This document shows positions 17,857-28,250 of a stretch of DNA of 36,441 nucleotides, piece by piece. Made by a program: the position numbers and the translations under genes. The notes under the pieces were generated by a model, which did not search any database, had not been told where the DNA came from, and saw nothing but the letters and a program-made list of their open reading frames with translations. The stretch is from a virus (lineage: Duplodnaviria; Caudoviricetes): positions 1 to 36,441 of the IMG/VR virus record IMGVR_UViG_3300037483_001522; one strand, given 5' to 3'. Every line of letters begins with the position of its first letter. Position 1 is the stretch's first letter.

Positions 17857-18320
17857 TGGGCACCTCGCTTCCAGGGCGGGGTGTTGGTGGTGATGGGGGC
17901 CTGTTGCGGCTGGCCGGTGGCCGAGGCCTTGGACTCGTAGCCCTTGACCTCGTTGCTCAGCTCGCCGGTGTCCTGGCGCTTCTTGCACTTGACGGTGATC
18001 AACAGCGGGATGTTGTGCAGCTCGACCGAATCGCGCGGCTGCATCACGCCGGTGGCGCGGCAGATGGCCGAGAGGTTGCCCCGGGCGATCCTCACCGTCG
18101 TCGTGTTGTGATGGTTGATGCACAGCCGATCCCAGACTTTCCGCCCCCGGAAATCACCCTCCACCACCTCGAAGGTCAGTTCGAGGTAGCTGCCATCGCC
18201 GTTTTTCGTCGGCTTCATCTCCGACGCGGTGATAGCCGCGAGGTACTTGCCCGCCGGCAGCGGATCGAAGGCAGCATTGGGTTCGACTTCGTGCGCGTTG
18301 AATCCGTTGAGATGTGCCAT
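17853..18320 (-). CDS. DUF669 family protein (putative phage ssDNA-binding protein)
   Basis: FDPLPAGKY, YLELTFEVVEG, GRKVWDRL, NEVKGY and a PPW tail. Confidence 0.8.
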   Translation of the reverse strand: MAHLNGFNAHEVEPNAAFDPLPAGKYLAAITASEMKPTKNGDGSYLELTFEVVEGDFRGRKVWDRLCINHHNTTTVRIARGNLSAICRATGVMQPRDSVELHNIPLLITVKCKKRQDTGELSNEVKGYESKASATGQPQQAPITTNTPPWKRGAQ

Positions 18321-18323
18321 GGT

Positions 18324-19175
18324 TCAGGACTCCTCGTTGGTTGCAGGTTGTGTGGTGTGATCGCCGACGAAGCGCAGGCTCGGCTTGGCGTCGGTGCTGG
18401 TATCCGTGGTGCTGGTCAGCGCCTGCATCAGCGCCGACCATGAGAGGGGAAGTTCCGCAGGCAGGTCGTAACGGTTCTTGGCGACGCAGGCCGGGCTGCC
18501 GACGGTGCGAAGCACACGCTCGCCTCCGCCCCCGGAAGTGTCCTTGCCCAGACCCATCGCGATGGTGCGCTCGCGCCCGAACCCGCCGTCCTGGGTCTTG
18601 GTGATGATCTTCCGCGTGGCGAACAGCACGGCATCCGCCCATTCGGTGATGAGCGCCGTGGCATGCTTGTGCAGGCGCGGCGAGTAGCGGTCGTAGGCGC
18701 TGAACTCCGGGTCCTCGAACTTCTCGACCTTGGCGTGGGCCAGGAGGATCACGCACATGCCGCGCCGGTTCCGCAGCGTGTTGAGGTCATGCAGCACCGA
18801 GCGCCACTGCGTCAGGGCGTGTGTATATCCGCGGGCGTAGCCGCCATCGACTTTCTCGATGCTGGTGACGCCATACTGCCGGCACAGATCGTCCCAGATC
18901 AGCCGCTCAAGCCAGTCGACACTGTCGATGACGACGGACTCGAAGTCGTGCTCGTCGTTGATCAGCGCCGCCAGCGACTCCTTGACCCCGCTGAACGTGG
19001 TCGCCAGGGGAAAGCTGGCGCAGTCGATCTGGTCGAGACCGTCTTCGGTGGGGATGAAGATCGGGTTCGGTGCCTGGGATGCGGTGGTCGTTTTGCCGAT
19101 GCCTTCGGTGCCGTAGATGAGCAAGCGCGGCGGTGAGTGCCTGCGCCCGCGATGAATCTGTTGCATCATGGTCAT
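18324..19175 (-). CDS. AAA_24 / Sak4-like phage ATPase
   Basis: YGTEGIGKTT Walker A, VVIDS Walker B, ILLAH and AKNRY motifs. Confidence 0.85.
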   Translation of the reverse strand: MTMMQQIHRGRRHSPPRLLIYGTEGIGKTTTASQAPNPIFIPTEDGLDQIDCASFPLATTFSGVKESLAALINDEHDFESVVIDSVDWLERLIWDDLCRQYGVTSIEKVDGGYARGYTHALTQWRSVLHDLNTLRNRRGMCVILLAHAKVEKFEDPEFSAYDRYSPRLHKHATALITEWADAVLFATRKIITKTQDGGFGRERTIAMGLGKDTSGGGGERVLRTVGSPACVAKNRYDLPAELPLSWSALMQALTSTTDTSTDAKPSLRFVGDHTTQPATNEES

Positions 19176-19192
19176 GCGTGCTTCTCCGTGGT

Positions 19193-19477
19193 TCAGTTGA
19201 GGTACTGGGGCGGAAGCCAGGTCATGGCCTGGCGGCCAGAGACGGTGCAGAGGCGTGCCGGCCCGTTGCGGACAAGGTTGGCCTGGCGAAGCTCTGGCAG
19301 ACGCTTATGTGCCTTAATGCCGAGCTTGTCTTCAATTTCGCGGGCGGTCAGGCCCGATTGCCGTTTGACGACGGCTAGGCACAGGTCGCGGTGGCGCTTG
19401 GTGCATCCGCAGGCCCGCACATGCCGCCCGGCCAGTGCCGAGGTGTGTGGATCGGTGTTGCGGTAGTTGTGGCTCAT
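19193..19477 (-). CDS. Small winged-helix DNA-binding protein
   Basis: RNTDPHTS...GLTAREI...HKRLPEL...GRQAMTW; the start at 19477 is inferred. Confidence 0.7.
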   Translation of the reverse strand: MSHNYRNTDPHTSALAGRHVRACGCTKRHRDLCLAVVKRQSGLTAREIEDKLGIKAHKRLPELRQANLVRNGPARLCTVSGRQAMTWLPPQYLN

Positions 19478-19517
19478 CTTGTGGGTCCTGTTTTGCTTTG
19501 GGTGCATGGGTGAAAGA

Positions 19518-19631
19518 GCGCCCGGGCGGTTGCGGAGAAATTCGGAGCCGGCTGCCGCCCTCATCCAGAGGGCCGGTCAAGGCATCCGTGCCATCACGGC
19601 ACTCGGCTTCCGGGGCAACCCGCCCGGGCGC
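19518..19631. ncRNA. Candidate multi-stem structured RNA in the intergenic gap
   Basis: Closing stem gcgcccgggcggttgc / gcaacccgcccgggcgc, inner stem ggagccg / cggcttcc, and hairpins ccctc-N5-gaggg and gtgcc-N5-ggcac. Confidence 0.5.
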
Positions 19632-19640
19632 GAAGAAGGG

Positions 19641-20465
19641 CTATGCGACCTCCATCACGCGGATGTCTTCGTAACCCGTGGGAAAGGCATCGATCTCCCA
19701 CGCGCGACGCAACCGCCGGATTGCCGCCTCGTTCTCCTGCCGCGCGATCGCAAGCGTGTTATCACTGACCTGCCACACGCCGCAGCGGAACGGCTCGATC
19801 TTTTCGATGCCGATCAGGTAGACAGAGACGTATTCACCGATCACCTCGGCGAGCACCGCCTGGTAGAAAGCAAGCTGGCTGTGGTACCGTCGGCGCTTGG
19901 TCTCGTTCTCAAACCAGGTCAGGTCGGCGGTGGTCTTGAGATCGACGATGCCGCGATGCGGGTGGACCCAGTCGATCCTGATCTGGCACGGCGTGTCGCG
20001 GTACATGGTGCGGATGACGCCTTCGGATCGGCCGTAGAGAAGCAGGTCAACGGCCTCGTCGTTCATTGCCACGCCCGAGGCCATCTGCTCGATGAGGTCG
20101 ACGTTTTCGTGCGACAACACCGGCTTACCTTGCAACTCGGCCCACTCGGCGAAGGCCTTTGTGTTCGAGCCGAACGGCTTGCCTGTCTTGGGATTGATTG
20201 GCCCGCCGACAGCGAACTGCGTCTCGTAGGCATCACGGCCTTCGAGGATGCGGACGTGCGTCGCCCGACCGATTAGCAGCGCCGGCGTGTCGTCGTCGGA
20301 GATCATCCCGAGCTGTTTCTTCCGATAGAGCCACGGACACGCCATGAAATCGAGCAGTTGGTGGCTCGACAGATATTCGCTGGCCTTGGCGTGATACTCG
20401 TCAGCCGGTTCGGCGGCGAGGACGCTGAGGTCGATGCTTAGGTTGTCGTTTATGTTCAGAGTCAT
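19641..20465 (-). CDS. PD-(D/E)XK exonuclease, RecE/DUF3799-like
   Basis: EYHA...LSSHQL, GRATHVRILE, RIDW...IVDLKT and YHSQLAFY motifs; ATG at 20465 with AAGGA. Confidence 0.85.
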   Translation of the reverse strand: MTLNINDNLSIDLSVLAAEPADEYHAKASEYLSSHQLLDFMACPWLYRKKQLGMISDDDTPALLIGRATHVRILEGRDAYETQFAVGGPINPKTGKPFGSNTKAFAEWAELQGKPVLSHENVDLIEQMASGVAMNDEAVDLLLYGRSEGVIRTMYRDTPCQIRIDWVHPHRGIVDLKTTADLTWFENETKRRRYHSQLAFYQAVLAEVIGEYVSVYLIGIEKIEPFRCGVWQVSDNTLAIARQENEAAIRRLRRAWEIDAFPTGYEDIRVMEVA

Positions 20466-20483
20466 TGTTGTGTCCTTCCACCT

Positions 20484-20539
20484 TTGTCTTTTTGCAGGTG
20501 GCACTGTTTTTTTGCGTGCGATCTCAGAAATCCGAAAAA
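20484..20539 (-). promoter_or_regulatory. Bipartite motif copy 2, upstream of the recombination/replication operon
   Basis: ttgtctttttgcaggtggcactgtttttttgcgtg on the plus strand; the extension overlaps the sigma gene stop. Confidence 0.75.
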
Positions 20540-21087
20540 CCATCGCGCATCGCGAGATGACTCGCGATGCGCTTCATGGCACGCGTCACAGTGGAAGGGG
20601 CGACATTCAGCTCGCGGGATGCACCGAAAGGTGAGTGCCCGGCCATCAGCAGATCACAGACCCGCTTTTCGAAGTCCGGTCGGCCGCGCATCGCGTGGTC
20701 GAGTTCGTCGCGCAGATCGACGCTCCGATGCGGGTTCTCGCCAACGGGATCGACGATCAGAAGGTCAAGCCCCGGCTCGACGTCATCGAACCCCACGGAG
20801 TCGATGGTGTTTCCGAGGCCTTCGCGAATGCGGATCAGCCGGCGGACGTGATGCTTGTAGCGCCGGTTGATTACCATCAGCACGAACCGGTGCAGGAGGC
20901 ATTTGTCCTGGTCATACACCTGTCGCGACTGCAGGATTGCGACGCAGAAATCCTGCTGCAGGTCATCGCCGTCGGCACGGCTGAGGCCGAACTTGCGGCA
21001 CAGGCGCTTGACGGAGCCTTCGATGCGTCTCAGCACACAGGGGGAAAGGAACAGTTCGGCGGCGAGTAGGTCGGCGTTCGTAGCCAT
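20524..21087 (-). CDS. Phage-encoded ECF-like sigma-70 family factor
   Basis: 187 aa; region-2-like ADGDDLQQDF and FVLMVINRR; region-4-like HTH SPFGASRELNVAPSTVTRAMKRI; AGGAG RBS. Confidence 0.75.
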   Translation of the reverse strand: MATNADLLAAELFLSPCVLRRIEGSVKRLCRKFGLSRADGDDLQQDFCVAILQSRQVYDQDKCLLHRFVLMVINRRYKHHVRRLIRIREGLGNTIDSVGFDDVEPGLDLLIVDPVGENPHRSVDLRDELDHAMRGRPDFEKRVCDLLMAGHSPFGASRELNVAPSTVTRAMKRIASHLAMRDGFSDF

Positions 21088-21271
21088 CTGCAGATCTCCT
21101 GGAACGGAGGTTTCGAATCGCGACCCACGGCGGGCCGCAGTAACCTCCGAGCGGGTTGCAGATGGCTGCGTGAAAACTTCTGCAATCGCTGCAAATGGCT
21201 ATTCAGATGTCAGTTGCGCGCACAAAAAGAGCGATTGCAGTTGCAGCAAATCGCCGTAACTGCAATCGCTC
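21079..21271. promoter_or_regulatory. Sigma gene leader: long hairpin over the start codon plus TGCA(n)AT(C/G)GCT repeats and a 14-bp inverted repeat
   Basis: agccatctgca (21082) / tgcagatggct (21157); cggaggtt / aacctccg; gagcgattgcagtt (21229) / aactgcaatcgctc (21258). Confidence 0.65.
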
Positions 21272-21278
21272 GCGCAAT

Positions 21279-21302
21279 GAAAAAGGCGACTCAGCGTCGC
21301 CT
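21279..21302 (-). terminator. Intrinsic terminator after the 326-aa gene
   Basis: Minus strand AGGCGAC-GCTGA-GTCGCCT-TTTT spanning the stop codon. Confidence 0.6.
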
Positions 21303-22271
21303 TAGGGTCTTGTAGTGCATGACTCCTTCAAGGGAGTCGGCTGTGTCCCAGAGCAGTTTCAGTACCGTCGCTCTTGGATCGCCAAGGCATCGACTGACGG
21401 CCGATGTGTTGCTGCAGATGAGCTTGGCGAGTTCCTGTTGTTCAGGCCGAGGCAAGAGTTCCGGTTGCTTGCCGCGATCCACCATGGCAAATGCATGATC
21501 GCGAGCCGCGATCAAATGCTTCTCCAAAGCCTTCTCAAGCTTCTCGATATTCGCCGCACGCGTCCCCCGCATCGGTGTGGGCTTCTTGTTGCGATAATTG
21601 CTCGGAAGAGTGAGCTTCACCATCTGGGCAAAGCCCTGCACGTACTCCGCCCATGCAGGCGTTTCACGAAACGCGCCGCCCACCGGCTCGATGACTTCGG
21701 CCAGCGGGACCAGCAGCATCTTCTTCGACCGAGCAAGTGCGTCGATGCTGTCGTCCCAATTCATCCGGCTTGGCGTAAGCAGGATCGCCCCAACCCGGTC
21801 GCACTTCGCCTGAAGCTGAAGCAGCTCTTCTCGAAGTACGCCACGGTGCCGGCAGATCATGAGGAAGACCGGAAAGCTGGCGGATTTCTTCGGTTCCCAG
21901 TTTCCGATCTGGAGTACCCCCGACCCCTGGTCGACGGGTGTCTTGGCGATATTAACACCGTCAAGTGTCTGACAAAGCATCGACCGCACCGCCCGCAGGT
22001 TCAGCTGGTAGAGGACGATGTCCGCATCGGCCAAGCCAAGGCGGTGCTGGTAATCATCGGGATCGATGGCGACGACGTCGTCCTCTGCGTGGCGGACGAC
22101 TTTCATCGGTTGTCCGTGGGGACGGGGATTCGGATAGGCGGTGGCGGCACGCTCCAACGGCTGCAGCAACGCCGTCACCGCGTCCACGCAGCCGCCAGCC
22201 ACATGCTGCCACTCGGCCATCACAGCCGTGCGATCGGGTCGCGACTCAAGCCACTGCCAGAACAGCACCAT
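21291..22271 (-). CDS. Hypothetical protein with C-terminal HTH-like motif
   Basis: 326 aa; PEQQELAKLICSNTSAVSRCL; overlaps the upstream gene. Confidence 0.75.
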   Translation of the reverse strand: MVLFWQWLESRPDRTAVMAEWQHVAGGCVDAVTALLQPLERAATAYPNPRPHGQPMKVVRHAEDDVVAIDPDDYQHRLGLADADIVLYQLNLRAVRSMLCQTLDGVNIAKTPVDQGSGVLQIGNWEPKKSASFPVFLMICRHRGVLREELLQLQAKCDRVGAILLTPSRMNWDDSIDALARSKKMLLVPLAEVIEPVGGAFRETPAWAEYVQGFAQMVKLTLPSNYRNKKPTPMRGTRAANIEKLEKALEKHLIAARDHAFAMVDRGKQPELLPRPEQQELAKLICSNTSAVSRCLGDPRATVLKLLWDTADSLEGVMHYKTLRRR

Positions 22272-23451
22272 CGGCCCTGACCCCCTCGACGGCGTGAATG
22301 ACGAACCCTCGTTTGGTCAGCCAATCGTGGATCATCGAGTTGTCGGTTTCCCGGTCGAAAGACGCGATGTTGGGCGGCGTGATCGTCACGCTTCGCTCGC
22401 GCCCGTCGACGAAGGTCACCTTGAACTTCGCCCTGACGAGCCTGGTGCTGTCCTGCTCGTCGCGCAGCTGCCGCTGCTGATCTTCCAGTGCCTGGAAGAC
22501 GTCGTCCGCGCGTCGGATTTCGATGTCCTTCTGATTGCTGCTGTGCTGGATGTGAAGCTCGTACAGCCCGATGCTGGTGATACCCGCCACGTCCGCGCAC
22601 GCGAGCGACGCGCGTCCGTCTTCGATCAACGGCCGCAGCGTGTATTTTTCGACGATATTGGTGAAGGAGAAAAAGTCGGCGTTGGTGAACAGGTGCTTGC
22701 CGAACAGCTTGCAGTAGATTTCCCGCTCGCCCTTGGTGTCGGCGTAAATCGCCAACTCACCGGTCTCCGGATAGTAGATCAGCACGTCGAACTTCTCTGG
22801 GCGATAGAAGACGCTTCCGGAGTCGCCGTCCGCCTCGACCGTACCTTCGCGTTTGATGCGCTGACCGTGCCGCACCAGGAACCAGAAGCCGTCTTCGCGG
22901 GGGAACGGGAAGACCCGAGCGCCGCGACCCTTCTTCTTGAACTCGAACCAGATGTTGAGGTCGTTCTCCAGGGCGGTGACCATATCCGTTGCGGGCAACG
23001 CGAGGTCCGGGCGGTTGGTCTCGGTGGTGAAGAACGACTGAAAGGTTTTCGGGCGGATGCGATTCTGCTCGGCGTGAACACGCTCGAGGATGTTCGGGTC
23101 GGCCAGCCACACCCGCAGCGTGAGATCTTCGGGGGTCGCGCCCTCGGTGCCCAAGTCGATGCCAGCGTCCTGCGCCTCCTCAAGGATTCGGTCGTAGCAG
23201 TCGGCGTCGGCCAGGCCATCGACGAAGTAGAGGGCGTCGAGCAGCGGCTCGGGGGTATCGATGCTCGGCGACATCAGAATCTTCGCCAGGGCGGCGTGGT
23301 CGAAGTCGTCGGGGTTGGTCGGCCAGGTCATGCCGCGCTGGTCGGTCAGAAATGTCCGGAAGGGATCGAGGAACTGCATCAGCAGTCGGTTGTCGATCCG
23401 CTTGAGCATGGCGGCGTTCGAGAAACGCTTCAGTCGCAATGTCTGGGCCAC
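22246..23451 (-). CDS. Hypothetical protein (401 aa)
   Basis: GTG start with AAGGAG, strong GC3 bias, protein-like composition. Confidence 0.85.
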   Translation of the reverse strand: MAQTLRLKRFSNAAMLKRIDNRLLMQFLDPFRTFLTDQRGMTWPTNPDDFDHAALAKILMSPSIDTPEPLLDALYFVDGLADADCYDRILEEAQDAGIDLGTEGATPEDLTLRVWLADPNILERVHAEQNRIRPKTFQSFFTTETNRPDLALPATDMVTALENDLNIWFEFKKKGRGARVFPFPREDGFWFLVRHGQRIKREGTVEADGDSGSVFYRPEKFDVLIYYPETGELAIYADTKGEREIYCKLFGKHLFTNADFFSFTNIVEKYTLRPLIEDGRASLACADVAGITSIGLYELHIQHSSNQKDIEIRRADDVFQALEDQQRQLRDEQDSTRLVRAKFKVTFVDGRERSVTITPPNIASFDRETDNSMIHDWLTKRGFVIHAVEGVRADGAVLAVA

Positions 23452-23647
23452 GAAGGACTCCTTTCCCCATGTGGGGCAGAACAGAGATAAATTGTCCCCG
23501 GGCCAGTCCGTGGCCCACGTGCTGGGCGTATTGCAACTGGCGCGCCAAACTGGCCTTAGAACTTAAAGGATGATGTGGTCTCAATTTGCGCCGAGGCGCT
23601 GGCCGCCGGGCCGCTGCCCGACCATGCGCGGAACAGGCGGGGTGCTG

Positions 23648-24077
23648 TCAGGATGGCAGGCGGGCCATGAGGTCGGCCCACAGTCGCCGCTGTCGCCGCC
23701 AGTCGGGCTCAGCGGCGATGGGTCGGATGTCGCGCTCCACGATCGGGTCACGCCCGACCTGCACGCGGGGCAGGTGGAGGATGGCTTCCTGGACGTCGGG
23801 GGCAAGGTAGAGCAGGTTCATGATCTGCGTCACCCGCGCCCGCGTCACGTGACCCAGCTCGGCCAGTTCCGCCTGGTCGCGCACGGCCCCGCGTTCCAGC
23901 AAATGCTCGAACCGCAGCGCCAAGGCCATCAGGCGCGTGACGCGCGGCACCCGGCCGGATTCCGTTGCAGGCGGCTCATCCTCCACAACTTGCTGCACGG
24001 CGCGGCGGGCGTTGTGCTCGCGGATGAACTTGAGCGAATGGTGCTGGGTGACTCCCGTTTCCGGGCGTTCCATGGGT

Positions 24078-24085
<8 letters not shown>
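23648..24085 (-). CDS. Recombinase-associated HTH protein
   Basis: LMALALRF...DQAELAELGHVTRARVTQIMNLLYLAPDVQEAIL; ATG at 24085 overlaps the recombinase end. Confidence 0.8.
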
Positions 24086-25648
<1,563 letters not shown>

Positions 25649-25652
<4 letters not shown>

Positions 25653-26170
25653 TCGGCCCCCTGCAGTTTCATGGCGCTCAGCAGCGCCTTCTTGAAGAAG
25701 TGATACCCGTTCCAGTGGCTGCCGGTGATGGCGTGGGCCACGGCGCTGAGGCTCTGGTAGATCTCACCATCGTACTCAAAGCCGTTGGGCAGCACCGTCA
25801 CCCCGTACCGCCTGCCCTTGAACTCTCGCGTCATCACAGTGCGAGCCATCGGCAGCCGGACATCGGACTTCAGGTCGGTGGCCGTCACGTGGCGCGGCAT
25901 GTCGGTTCCCGGCACCGGGGTGCGCGGCGGGATCACCCGGACATCGGCGTCATCGGCCATCACCAGCGCCCGTTCGCGCACCCGCTTCAGCCGTTCGGTC
26001 ATGTCGCCCTCGGCCAGCGCCTGCATCCGCCAGCCGCAGCGACGCAGCAGCCACAGGCGGTTGCCCGACCGGGCCTCGTCGCCGTATAGCTCGCGGTAGC
26101 GCTGCCGAAGCTGTGTGGGCGTCATCTTCTGCAGCGCCGCCAGATCCTTTCTGATCGTGTTGTCGCTCAT
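25649..26170 (-). CDS. DUF2924-like protein
   Basis: WRMQALAEG, REFKG and YQSLSAVAHAITGSHWNGYHFF motifs; ATGA-coupled to the recombinase. Confidence 0.85.
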
Positions 26171-26409
26171 CGTGCATCCTCGTCGTTCTCGGCCTCGCTA
26201 ACCCCCAGCGAGGCTGCGTTCGAGACACAGTGAGCGGCCTTTTTGCCCGGAAAGCAAGCGGGTTCCGGCCCGGAGTGGAGACTTTCTTCGGACCCCGGGC
26301 CCGTACGGGCATGCATGCGACAGAGCCCGTGGGACAGGATCGCGACGATCTCCCGTCGTCGGCCCGCGGGCGTCATCCTGGCGTTGCTGAATCGGTTGTG
26401 TCGTGGCAC
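26167..26409 (-). CDS. Small hypothetical protein leading the recombinase operon
   Basis: AAGGAGG RBS before the GTG; MTPAGRRREIVAILSHGLCR; stop overlaps the DUF2924 ATG. Confidence 0.6.
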   Translation of the reverse strand: MPRHNRFSNARMTPAGRRREIVAILSHGLCRMHARTGPGSEESLHSGPEPACFPGKKAAHCVSNAASLGVSEAENDEDAR

Positions 26410-26449
26410 GGCAGCCTCCTTCCGCAGTTAAACAAGGCGTCCCTCACCC

Positions 26450-26484
26450 TTGTCTTTTTGCGGAAGGGGCCAGAATTTTGCGTG
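26450..26484 (-). promoter_or_regulatory. Bipartite motif copy 3, upstream of the recombinase operon
   Basis: ttgtctttttgc-N14-ttttgcgtg with both boxes exact and a divergent spacer. Confidence 0.75.
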
Positions 26485-26746
26485 GCGGGCATAAACGATG
26501 GTTAACGACCAGCGGGCGGAGCTGCGACAACGTGAGACTTTGAGACCTCTGGCCGTAACCCCTTGTCACGACGGGCCGCATCGCAGCCCGCGCCGGTGTC
26601 ACCATCGCGGGGCGCTGAGACCGCAGCGGCCTTGGGCATGCGACCCAAGTGGCCGGCGAGCAAGACGGCCATCTGGGTTGACTGACGAACTCGCGTTGGA
26701 AGTGTGAAGTGTCGTGATTGGCGTCCGGTCAGGCCCTCAAGATCAA

Positions 26747-27568
26747 TCAGTGTGTTTCCTCGAGAATCTCGAGGAAGCGTTCAACATTCTTAGTGGCCGG
26801 TCGTTTTTGCAGCACATCTGGTGTGTCGATTTGAACACACTGGCCTGCCTCTAGATAGGCAATCCGATCGCACAAACGAGACGCGAAATGAAGGTGATGA
26901 GTCACGATCATCATCGTCATTCGTTTCGCTTGAAGCTTCCGTACAGCCTCCATGACATCAAACGTAAGCACGGGGTCAAGGGCGGAGGTGATCTCATCCA
27001 ATAGCAGAACGCGCGGGTGCATCAACATTGCCCTTACAATCGCAACACGCTGGCGTTGACCGCCAGACAGCTGCCATGGCCGGGAGTGGAGTTTGTCCGC
27101 CAAACCGAACTCCTTGCACAAGTCAGCTGCATTCTTCTCTGCGGTCTCCCGAGCCACGTTTCCGACAATGCGTGGAGCCAGTGTCAGATTACTGATGACA
27201 CTTCGATCCTCCCACAGGTTGAAGCCTTGGAACACATACCCGATGTCGCGCCGTATTCGAGTGGCCACCATGTCATCCAGGAGATCGTTCTCAGCATTTC
27301 CGTCGAACTGCAGCGCAAGCCCATTTGTTGACGCCTGTACCTCATAGCTCCCCCAGTATTTGATCGATCCGTCATTGAAGTCACTTAGCAAGTCGATGCA
27401 GCGAAGTAGAGTCGTCTTGCCCGAACCACTGGGGCCAATGATCCCAACGACTTCACCCTCTCCCACCTCAATGGATACACGATCTATCGCCTGGGTCGTG
27501 CCGAAAGACTTCGTGACACGATCCAAGGACAACTGAGGTGTCGGAGTTGTGCCCTTCGTATTCTGCAC
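26747..27568 (-). CDS. Amino acid ABC transporter ATP-binding protein (GlnQ-like)
   Basis: GPSGSGKTT, LSGGQRQR, LLLDEITSALDP and IVTH motifs; GTG start at 27568 is inferred. Confidence 0.92.
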   Translation of the reverse strand: MQNTKGTTPTPQLSLDRVTKSFGTTQAIDRVSIEVGEGEVVGIIGPSGSGKTTLLRCIDLLSDFNDGSIKYWGSYEVQASTNGLALQFDGNAENDLLDDMVATRIRRDIGYVFQGFNLWEDRSVISNLTLAPRIVGNVARETAEKNAADLCKEFGLADKLHSRPWQLSGGQRQRVAIVRAMLMHPRVLLLDEITSALDPVLTFDVMEAVRKLQAKRMTMMIVTHHLHFASRLCDRIAYLEAGQCVQIDTPDVLQKRPATKNVERFLEILEETH

Positions 27569-27569
27569 C

Positions 27570-28250
27570 CTAGTGCTGCCCCCCCAATGTTGCGCCGCGT
27601 CGAGCCCAGCGTTCAATTGCCCTGGCACCATATGTGGCGGGCACCACCAGTACGATGTAGATCAAAGCGACGATTACCCACGCTTCAAGGGATCGCGCAA
27701 CATTGGCAATGACGGTCTGTGCAGTGAACACGACCTCACGCACGTTAATGACCGATGCTAACGAACTCATCTTGAGCATCCCGATGTAGAGGATCGTCAT
27801 GCCGGGAATGATCTCACGCAGCACATGCGGCAAGACAATGTGTCGCATTACCTGCGATTCAGACATCCCCAACGCCCTAGCGGCGTCGGTTGCCGCAACA
27901 GGCGCGTTGTCCACTGCGGCACGGACCAAGTCGGAGGTGAACGCGGCCAAGTTGAGCGACATGGCAATAGCTGCAACCCAGAATGCGGGCACGCCTACGC
28001 CGATCACCTGTCTAGTTAGGAAGTAGTACATGAACAGTAAGAGAACGAGAGGCGGCAACGCTCGCAGGACGTCCACAATTGGATAAAGCAATACCTTGAG
28101 CAGGGGATTCCGCAAAGCCACACCGAAGATCAGACCAACAACCGTGCCGATCACAATTACGATGCCGGTGAGAGTCAACGTTGTGTATGTGCCAGAAGCA
28201 AATGCATCCACATACGGGGCGAGTCGCGAGAAGTTCCAGTCGTAGTTCAC
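27570..28250 (-). CDS. Amino acid ABC transporter permease (HisM/GlnP-like)
   Basis: Hydrophobic helices; LRALPPLV, DAARALGMS and LKMSSLASVI motifs. Confidence 0.92.
   Translation of the reverse strand: MNYDWNFSRLAPYVDAFASGTYTTLTLTGIVIVIGTVVGLIFGVALRNPLLKVLLYPIVDVLRALPPLVLLLFMYYFLTRQVIGVGVPAFWVAAIAMSLNLAAFTSDLVRAAVDNAPVAATDAARALGMSESQVMRHIVLPHVLREIIPGMTILYIGMLKMSSLASVINVREVVFTAQTVIANVARSLEAWVIVALIYIVLVVPATYGARAIERWARRGATLGGQH

Noticed and set aside
19518-19631. tRNA interpretation of the multi-stem structure
   Set aside because: No T-loop GTTCRA, D-loop or CCA end, and the stems have the wrong lengths.
26485-26746. Attachment site at the prophage end (TGAGAC occurs three times)
   Set aside because: The other prophage end is outside the window and serine recombinase cores are too short to call; the accessory genes could also belong to the element.
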